A stretch of 15,964 bases of DNA from Thermoproteota archaeon (GTDB lineage Archaea; Korarchaeota; Korarchaeia; Korarchaeales; Korarchaeaceae), in contig JAOZFG010000032.1 of NCBI GenBank assembly GCA_027491435.1, positions 1 to 15,964 on the forward strand, given 5' to 3'. The notes beneath the pieces were generated by a model, which was not told where the DNA came from, made no database searches, and saw nothing but the letters and a program-made list of their open reading frames with translations. Position 1 is the stretch's first letter, and each line of letters starts with the position of its first letter. This document shows positions 6,881 through 13,358 of the stretch, piece by piece. The position numbers and the translations under genes were made by a program.

Positions 6881-7839
6881 ATCCCCTCCGGCTTAATTAT
6901 CAGAGGCCTATAGGGTTCAGGCCTCTTGGGCCTGAAGGCCCTGAACCAATCGGCCCAGTTATCCAAGATCTCTAAAACCCTATCCGCAACAGATAAAAGG
7001 GCTTTGGAAGCTGGGCTGTCAGGGAAGGCCTCCGTTACGGGCCTCATCAAGGCCATGCTCTTTGGTATCGAGTCGTCGTAAGGCACCTTGCCCAAGAGGT
7101 CCATGTTGTTCTCCTGGGCGTACTCCTCTATCTCCCTGGTTAGCCCCTCGTTCACGTCGTACTTGTTTATCACCACCGCTGAGGGTTGCATGAAATGCTT
7201 TGTTAGTTTGTGAACCCTCTTCAGGGCGTTAAAGCTTGAAGGGGTAGGTTCAGCTACTAATATGGCCATGTTAGCTCCCGCTAGGCTGGAAACTACCTGA
7301 CAACCTATGCCTGCAGCTGAGTCCACCAACACAACATCAGGACTCATCCCCCTAGCTATGCCCTTCTCCTCGGTGACCAGTTTGCCTGAATTAGGCCTGC
7401 CAGGATTGAGCCTAGCTGAAATTAGGGGAAACCCGTACTTGGTATTTACGCCCCTCAACCTACCTGACTCGGTCTGCCTCCTAACTATAGCTCCCTTGAC
7501 CGGGCACACGAGCGTGCAGGTGTAGCAGCCCTCACAGATTACCTCGTTTATGTAGTACCTTCCCTCCTGGACGTAAATGGCCTGGTATGGGCAGACCTTA
7601 TAGCATTCACCGCAAGCAGTACATAGGTCCTGGTTTATCTGGGCAACCCAGCTATCAGAGTAAGGCCTCTCCCAGTCCCAACTGTCTATCCCCAGGATCA
7701 GGTGCATGTTGGGGGCGTCGGCGTCAGCGTCTACCACCACAAGCTTCCTGCCCGTCTGAGCTATCCTAAGGGCTATCGTGGCGGAGACCGTCGACTTGCC
7801 TACTCCCCCCTTACCGCTGGCCACCGATATCTCTATCAT
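6877..7839 (-). CDS. MinD/ParA-family P-loop ATPase with inserted 2x[4Fe-4S] ferredoxin (COG1149)
   Basis: SGKGGVGKST, DADADAPN, CTACGECYKVCP, CEGCYTCTLVCP, SGKLV, DSAAGIGC, EPTPS, INKYD. Start placed at ATG 7839 (ATGA overlap with the upstream stop, SD GGGAGG). Confidence 0.92.
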   Translation of the reverse strand: MIEISVASGKGGVGKSTVSATIALRIAQTGRKLVVVDADADAPNMHLILGIDSWDWERPYSDSWVAQINQDLCTACGECYKVCPYQAIYVQEGRYYINEVICEGCYTCTLVCPVKGAIVRRQTESGRLRGVNTKYGFPLISARLNPGRPNSGKLVTEEKGIARGMSPDVVLVDSAAGIGCQVVSSLAGANMAILVAEPTPSSFNALKRVHKLTKHFMQPSAVVINKYDVNEGLTREIEEYAQENNMDLLGKVPYDDSIPKSMALMRPVTEAFPDSPASKALLSVADRVLEILDNWADWFRAFRPKRPEPYRPLIIKPEGI

Positions 7840-8705
7840 GATAAGACCTCCCAAACCCTATCTGCCAGCTCCTTAAGTTTGAAGGCCTCCTCAGAATCGG
7901 GATAGCTGATCACCAGGGGAACGCCCTTAACGTAGGAGTCCACAACCCTCCTGGAGTAGGGGATCCTGGCCACTATCTCATAACCATACTCTTTAACGAC
8001 CCTCTCGTGCCTGTCCTCGGGCCCTAGCCCTGACCTGTTCATGACAACCCAAACCTCCAAGCCCATTTCCTTGGCGAGCTCCAGTATCAGAGCTAGGTCA
8101 TGTAGCCCCAGAGGGGTGGGCTCGGTAACCGCTAAAACAAGTTTAGAGCCGTCTAAAGAGGAGGCGACGCTATTACTGGTGCCTGCGGAGGTATCCACCA
8201 GGTAGACGTCAGCCTCAACGCTGAGAGCTCTCCTTTTGGCCTGGAGGACAGCAGGAGGAGTGTGCTCCTCGCCCTCCCTTAGCATCCCCGTGACCAAGGT
8301 GAAATTAACGTCGTCCACGTTGACCGGGGTCTCGTAGGTGTAACCTATAGTCCTCTTCCCCTCTACTATGGCCTTGGTTGGACAGACGAAGTAGCAGGCC
8401 CTGCACCCGCTACAGAGCCTGGGTATAACGTAGGGTACCTTATCAGGCGACAGCAACATCGCTCCAGTATCACAGACCTCTGCACAGGCCCCACACTTAA
8501 TGCAGGCCTCATATTTTACGAAGGGAAGCATTATGTTAACTGGTTCCTCGTTCTGAAGCTCCACATTAAGAAGGATGTGATCGTTAGGGTCTTCCACGTC
8601 CAGATCCGCTAGAACTAGCTTTCCCCTCCTGGCTAACTCTATTGCCAGGTTCACGGCCACTGTCGACTTGCCGGTACCCCCCTTGCCACCGGTCACCGAG
8701 ATCAT
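7836..8705 (-). CDS. Second MinD/ParA-family P-loop ATPase with inserted ferredoxin (COG1149)
   Basis: GGKGGTGKST, DLDVEDPN, CIKCGACAEVC, CSGCRACYFVCP, DTSAGT, VTEPTPLGLHDL. Confidence 0.92.
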   Translation of the reverse strand: MISVTGGKGGTGKSTVAVNLAIELARRGKLVLADLDVEDPNDHILLNVELQNEEPVNIMLPFVKYEACIKCGACAEVCDTGAMLLSPDKVPYVIPRLCSGCRACYFVCPTKAIVEGKRTIGYTYETPVNVDDVNFTLVTGMLREGEEHTPPAVLQAKRRALSVEADVYLVDTSAGTSNSVASSLDGSKLVLAVTEPTPLGLHDLALILELAKEMGLEVWVVMNRSGLGPEDRHERVVKEYGYEIVARIPYSRRVVDSYVKGVPLVISYPDSEEAFKLKELADRVWEVLS

Positions 8706-9079
8706 AGCCCCTCACCGTACCTCCGATCCTTTATCACAAGCCTGTTAAGCTCCCTGTCATCAAGTTTCTCCACTCTCCTCAGCACCTCGTCCAAAATCTC
8801 TTTGACGTCCTCCGGAAGAGAAGGCTCCCCACACAGGTACTTTATGCACTTCTCCTCCTCGACCTTTTCAGCGCAGCCCCTCTCAATGAAGTCGTCTATT
8901 ATGTCCTTTAACTCCTCAACGTAAAATCCGAACTCCTCCATGACGTAGTGGAAATCGGTTAGCCTCCTTCCTAACCTCTCCTTGGAATCCCACTCGGCAA
9001 GCAGGAGCACCCTAGAGATTCTAAAGGGGTGAGAACACCCCAACCTGTACATGAGGTAGGCCACAACCTCTGAACTCAT
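8702..9079 (-). CDS. Hypothetical protein, possible Panacea/DUF4065 (SocA-like) winged-helix domain
   Basis: Overlaps both neighbours by 4 bp. RISRVLLLAEW-x5-LGRRLTDFHY-x4-FGFYVEEL and LPEDVKEILDEVL...L resemble the DUF4065 pattern (KLLYxxD...G..lt...y...GPy). Contains four Cys. Confidence 0.6.
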   Translation of the reverse strand: MSSEVVAYLMYRLGCSHPFRISRVLLLAEWDSKERLGRRLTDFHYVMEEFGFYVEELKDIIDDFIERGCAEKVEEEKCIKYLCGEPSLPEDVKEILDEVLRRVEKLDDRELNRLVIKDRRYGEGL

Positions 9080-9438
9080 CTCCCTCCTCCCCTCGTCTTA
9101 ATCCACTCGGCCACTATGTCGTAACCGTAAATCTCCTTGAGCTTCTCCCTACCCTCAGGTCTGGCCTTGTCGGGCGTCCAGAAGGGCTCCCAAACCAGGT
9201 TCACCTTAACTTTTTTGCCGGGGAGCGCCTCTTCTATGCTCGCCTTGGCCATATCCAGCACCATCTCAGCCACGGGACACCCGGGCGAGGTGAGGGTCAT
9301 ATCAACTTCCACGTTGCCCTCGTCGTCAACCTCTATTCTATAGACGAGGCCCAGATCGTAAACGTTTACCGGGATTTCAGGGTCATAAACTTTCTTTAGA
9401 GCCTCAACGACCCTCCTTTTGATCTCGTCCTTGTTCAA
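9076..9438 (-). CDS. DUF59 / SufT-PaaD-like Fe-S cluster assembly protein
   Basis: VYDPEIPVNVYDLGLVY, MTLTSPGCP and VWEPFWTP form the DUF59 signature. TTG start with SD GGGGGAGG. Confidence 0.92.
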   Translation of the reverse strand: MNKDEIKRRVVEALKKVYDPEIPVNVYDLGLVYRIEVDDEGNVEVDMTLTSPGCPVAEMVLDMAKASIEEALPGKKVKVNLVWEPFWTPDKARPEGREKLKEIYGYDIVAEWIKTRGGGR

Positions 9439-9507
9439 GGCCTCCCCCTGCCAACTAGCAGTTAAAAATTGAAAAAAGTTCTGTGAACGATATGTAATAT
9501 TTATATC

Positions 9508-9562
9508 GGCTCAGGTCGGCACTGCCACATCATGGTCAGCGTCCCGCCTTCTCCTCATCGCC
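9508..9562 (-). ncRNA. C/D-box guide sRNA (downstream member of tandem pair)
   Basis: Minus strand reads GGCG-ATGAGGA(C)-GAAGGCGGGACG-CTGA(D')-CC-ATGATGT(C')-GGCAGTGCCGAC-CTGA(D)-GCC. It has two 12-nt guides, canonical spacing and a short GGC/GCC terminal stem. Confidence 0.85.
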
Positions 9563-9620
9563 AGGGTCACTCGATGCAGCTCTCCTCACCCTCAGTCCCG
9601 GGTAGTCAGATCATCCCCCT
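9563..9620 (-). ncRNA. C/D-box guide sRNA (upstream member of tandem pair), 16S rRNA guide
   Basis: Minus strand reads AGGGGG-ATGATCT(C)-GACTACCCGGGA-CTGA(D')-GG-GTGAGGA(C')-GAGCTGCATCGA-GTGA(D variant)-CCCT. The D' guide is complementary over 11 nt to archaeal 16S GAUACCCGGGUAGUCC. Confidence 0.85.
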
Positions 9621-9635
9621 GTTTAAGGGTAAACG

Positions 9636-9643
9636 TTATTTAA
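9636..9643. promoter_or_regulatory. TATA-box candidate between divergent sRNA pair and HEPN gene
   Basis: TTATTTAA on plus and TTAAATAA on minus. It is centred about 20-24 nt from both the sRNA 5' end (about 9620) and the GTG at 9663. Confidence 0.5.
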
Positions 9644-9650
9644 GGTCGTT

Positions 9651-10052
9651 GTGGTAACGCGTGTGAGGCCAGAATCTGAGCTCCTGTGGAAGCAAGGGCT
9701 TGAGGACCTTAAAACAGCTGAGGTATTACTAGAGACCGGAAGGTACTACGCCTCCGTGTTCTTTTCCCACCAGGCTGCAGAAAAGTTTCTCAAAGCCGCC
9801 TTCGTAGAGGTTAAGAGGGAAATATACCCGAAAACCCACAACCTGGTGGAGCTGGGGAAAGAACTTGGGCTTTATGAGGTGATGGAGGACCTCATGGAAC
9901 TAAATCCGGAGTATTCAATAACTAGATATCCAGACGCCGCTAACGGGCTTCCCGCTGAGATGCATAGCGAGTTCACGGCCAAAAAACATTTAGAAAGGGC
10001 CAGAAGGGTGATGCTAATTTGCAAGAAATTGATAGAGTCATCAGAGCGATAA
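9651..10052 (+). CDS. HEPN domain protein (COG2250 type)
   Basis: W...EDLKTAEVLL...YYASVFFSHQAAEKFLKA...PKTHNLVEL...LNPEYSITRYPD. The likely leaderless start is GTG at 9663. Confidence 0.92.
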   Translation: MVTRVRPESELLWKQGLEDLKTAEVLLETGRYYASVFFSHQAAEKFLKAAFVEVKREIYPKTHNLVELGKELGLYEVMEDLMELNPEYSITRYPDAANGLPAEMHSEFTAKKHLERARRVMLICKKLIESSER

Positions 10053-10324
10053 GGAGATGGGACCCTGAGGCCAGGATCATACTCTTCGGCTCTAGGGCGA
10101 GGGGCGATCACTTGAAGGGGAGTGACTATGACATAATCGTAATTTCAGGTAAGTTCGAAGGTATGAGATTTTCTGATAGGGCCTCTCTGCTACTAAAGAC
10201 CCTATATAGGGAGAGGATAATTCTGCCCCTAGAGCTGCTTTGTTATACCCCGGAAGAATTTGAGAGGAAGAGGAAGATGATAGGGGTGGTTAGAGAGGCC
10301 CTATCTTATGGCATTGAGCTATGA
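10019..10324 (+). CDS. Minimal nucleotidyltransferase (MNT), partner of HEPN
   Basis: IILFGSRARGD-x4-SDYDIIVI...LELLCYTPEEF. Overlaps the HEPN gene. Confidence 0.92.
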   Translation: MQEIDRVIRAIRRWDPEARIILFGSRARGDHLKGSDYDIIVISGKFEGMRFSDRASLLLKTLYRERIILPLELLCYTPEEFERKRKMIGVVREALSYGIEL

Positions 10325-10458
10325 GTTATAAGAGGCAGCTCAATATGGTGTCGAGAAAATCCTGGTCCATCGAGGCGTTGATGTCAGTAGAACGGTTCCC
10401 ATCTACAGCTTTAAAGGGAAAAACGGACTGGTAAAGTTGGTAGTCAAGAAGGTTGGAG

Positions 10459-10875
10459 CTACTCAAAGTCCCTAGGTCCATTAACTCGCCTCATTATGGT
10501 TTCCATCAGGCATAAACCGTGGACGCAATCCAGGTCGAGCTCCTCACACTTCCTCAGAACCTCTCCATCCTCAGAGCCGGGTTGAAGCCATACCCTCTTG
10601 ATCCCAACCCTGTAAGCCTCTTCTAACACAGTTAGTGTGACTTTAGGCGGAACTACTACGTCCACAAAGTCCGGCATCTCGGGAAGTGAACTCAGGTTAG
10701 GGTAAACAGGGTCCCCATCTATGTTGTATGCGTTGGGGTTCACCGGGTACACCTTTGAGTAATACCCTTTGAAGAAGTTGTAGAGCTTGTAGCCCCACTT
10801 TTCCCTGTTTCTAGATGCCCCGACTACGGCTAGCACCCTATCCTTAGATAGATACCAGTCGTACTTCGTCTCCAT
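10459..10875 (-). CDS. CoA-binding protein (YccU/COG1832 family)
   Basis: AVVGASRNREKWG, VYPVNP, VYPNLSSLP, DVVVPP, VWLQPG, CL. Confidence 0.92.
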   Translation of the reverse strand: METKYDWYLSKDRVLAVVGASRNREKWGYKLYNFFKGYYSKVYPVNPNAYNIDGDPVYPNLSSLPEMPDFVDVVVPPKVTLTVLEEAYRVGIKRVWLQPGSEDGEVLRKCEELDLDCVHGLCLMETIMRRVNGPRDFE

Positions 10876-11073
10876 AACGCTAGATCTCCATGAAGAAGAT
10901 AAAAATTAAGCGGGCTCCATCACAAACCTAAAGCTCATTCGGTATCTTCGGACGTTTCCCCTGGTGGCCATCGAAGGGATGAGTGGGAAGTTTTTAAGCC
11001 TCGCTCTTGATGAGCCCTCGCTAACACTGGCGCTAAATATTTTAGTAAGCCGGACTGGAATAACCGGAGTGGT

Positions 11074-12129
11074 TTGATGGCTAGATCAATTGTTTCAATA
11101 TTAGTTTTAGCCCTCTTCTTAGCCCAGTTTCAGGGCGTGTTAGGGGGGAACTATCAGGCTACTGATGAGGTGCAGTCGTTCAGCGGCCCTTACGCCGAGT
11201 TTTTGGTCAACACGGCCGACGGAATCCTCCTAGTTTCTACAGACGGGAAGATTTCCAAGATATCCGATTACCTTGGCCGTTCCATTGACTACGTGGACGG
11301 TAAGATCTACTCCGGCTGTGGGAACGTTTACTTGGTGGGTTTAGACGGCAAGGTGGAGGAAGTACTATCGACTAACTTTTACTGCATTACAATGAAGAGG
11401 TTACCTAAGGGCTATGCCGTGTTCAATAACAAGGACGATGAGATCTACTTGCTAGATGAGAAGGGAACGCTAATAAAAAAGATTAAGATGGAAAGCTCTG
11501 AAAATCAGCTTCAAAACATAGGGTCCTCTGTGTACGGGGACTTGCTGGTGGTGCTCGACGGCGGGAGCTCCAGCATATATGAGATTAACATTAACAGTTA
11601 CGAGGTAGAGAGGGTTAGAAAACTGCCTCGTAAAATTTGGGGAGCTATAGACGTCAAAGATGGGGCATATTACCTCAGCAGAGGCCCATTCCTCTACGTT
11701 TACTGGGCTGATAACAACACGTTAATCCACTTAACCATTGTAGGCAGCGGATCCAACATTGTTGACATTAAGGTAGCGGGAAACGTGGCGTACGTTGCTA
11801 CCTCCAACGAGGTATTCGCTGTGGATCTAACTACAGGCTCCTCCGAGTTAGTGGTTGGTAACCTCAGCAGGATCTACTCCATGGACTTGGTGAAGGTTGA
11901 AGAGGCTCCACCAACTGAGGTGAAGGCTCCCGTTGAGGCCACCCCTGAAGCCAAGACTGGAGAAGCCACCTTAACGGTGACTGAGACTAGGTACTTAACT
12001 AAAACTGAGAGCGTCACTCTAGTCAAGAAAGTGATTGTGAAGGAGACCTCTTATCTCTACCTAGCCCTAATAACGCTGGTCGCTATGGCCTTACTCTGCC
12101 TTTACTCCAGGAGAAGGGCCCCCTCTTAA
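11074..12129 (+). CDS. Secreted, C-terminally membrane-anchored surface protein, probable beta-propeller
   Basis: N-terminal signal peptide, then roughly 40-aa beta-rich repeats (SIDYVDGKIY, AIDVKDGAYY, DIKVAGNVAY). These are followed by a Pro/Ala/Glu/Thr-rich linker, a C-terminal TM helix and an RRR tail. Confidence 0.75.
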   Translation: MMARSIVSILVLALFLAQFQGVLGGNYQATDEVQSFSGPYAEFLVNTADGILLVSTDGKISKISDYLGRSIDYVDGKIYSGCGNVYLVGLDGKVEEVLSTNFYCITMKRLPKGYAVFNNKDDEIYLLDEKGTLIKKIKMESSENQLQNIGSSVYGDLLVVLDGGSSSIYEININSYEVERVRKLPRKIWGAIDVKDGAYYLSRGPFLYVYWADNNTLIHLTIVGSGSNIVDIKVAGNVAYVATSNEVFAVDLTTGSSELVVGNLSRIYSMDLVKVEEAPPTEVKAPVEATPEAKTGEATLTVTETRYLTKTESVTLVKKVIVKETSYLYLALITLVAMALLCLYSRRRAPS

Positions 12130-12514
12130 TCCTTTTTACTGGGATTTCCACTAGGAACTTCACCAGGACGAAGGAACATTATCAGGATCTGCCCCGATTT
12201 TTGACCCATCTTTGAAATCTTAACATTTAGATGGGTACGGGCACGAGTTCATGCCTAAGGCGGCGTCTGTTATGCCATCAATAAGAGAGGGAATTCTATG
12301 GTTGAATCCTTGAAGCGCGCAAGCTTAAGAGCGCCTTTGAGAGAGCTCAACAGGATAGAGCCGCCCACCCCTCAATCTACGACCCAAACTGCTTGTTGTG
12401 TTGTAGGTAGGAAGCGTGGGAAGTGAGCTCATAATGGATGGGGGAGGTAACCCCTGGTGAGGTATCTTGAGGCGTTCCTTCCATTGGATCTGGCCGGAGC
12501 TTTAGGGGAGCTAC

Positions 12515-13215
12515 ATGATTAGGGTAAACCCCCTATTTGCGAATACGGGAGGTTCGAGTGACCCATCCCAGACCTTGTGCTGAGGGATGGCGAAGTGCTG
12601 GTGATCTACGGTCCCAACGGCTCAGGAAAGACCTGCTGAAAACCCTTTCTGGCCTCTTGAAGTCAGTCCTGGGGAAGGCAACTCGTTGAGGGTGATAAAG
12701 AACCTCTTAGGCAGGGCATCATAAAGTAGCCTTCCTGCCCAAGAGGGTAGAGGTGCCCGAGAGGCTTGCGGTTAAGGATTGTGGGGGTGTTCGGCCCCCT
12801 CTACGGCCTAAAAGTCTGAGGTTCGTGAAAGGTTTGATAAGGCTTTGGAGCTTTCCGCCTGAAGTTCGTTAACGTTAAGCTCGGCCATCTATCCCAGGGT
12901 TTGAAGAGAAAGGCCATGCTCCTAGTGCCTCTAGTGCTGAGGAGGAAGGTTACCCTGTTAGACGATCCACTAGTGACCGTTGACAGGGAATCTACCTCGG
13001 AGTTCTTTCCCCAGCTCGTCTCTCAGCTTAGAGAAGGCGGGATCGTGATAATGTCTTTCAGGGAATTGGATGACGGGATAATGAGCCTAATTGAGGGCCC
13101 CGGCCATAAGGTCAAGTATTTGGACTTCAGGGGGGGTGTCCAGGGTTTTCTGAATAGGTCAGGAGGGCCTCATGCACTAGGAGCATTTCATGCTCGTCGC
13201 TCATCAGCAGCCTGA
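12515..13215 (+). pseudogene. Degraded ABC transporter ATP-binding protein
   Basis: SD GGGGAG and ATG at 12515. Walker A GPNGSGKT at 12610-12633, then after a frameshift LLKTLSGLL and KVAFLP. Signature LSQG at 12889-12900 and Walker B LLDDP follow. The pieces lie in different frames with several stops. Confidence 0.85.
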
Positions 13216-13358
13216 ACAAACAACGTCACGTGGTGTGGGCCAATGAGTTCCCTGAGAGACCCTCCCCACAGAGACATCTGATGGAGGCTCGCAGGATTGG
13301 GCGACAGCCGTCGCCAAAAGTTACTTTTTTAACGTGAAGAGATTCGAATTCGGAGCCG

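Noticed and set aside
6575-8705. Reading NifX-like plus P-loop ATPases as nitrogen fixation or cell-division genes
   Set aside because: No nifHDK in the window. The COG1433/COG1149 cassette is common in non-diazotrophs, and the ferredoxin insert distinguishes these proteins from true MinD.
1190-9343. Short ORFs antisense to or overlapping real genes (1190, 1721, 2213, 2635, 3470-4672, 7307-7905, 9137); likewise 299, 9872 and 13226
   Set aside because: Shadow ORFs of well-supported genes, or lacking any motif or translation signal.
10321-10458. Short open frames after the MNT gene
   Set aside because: Each is under 50 aa with no motif; cannot be supported.
11007-11058. TTGATGA...CTGG...CTGG, a possible C/D sRNA
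   Set aside because: Both D-type boxes lack the GA required for a K-turn, and there is no C' box.
13230-13280. TGTGGG...ATGA...CTGA...CCCACA-GAG-ACA, a possible H/ACA RNA
   Set aside because: No upper stem flanks the putative K-loop and there is no room for a pseudouridylation pocket.
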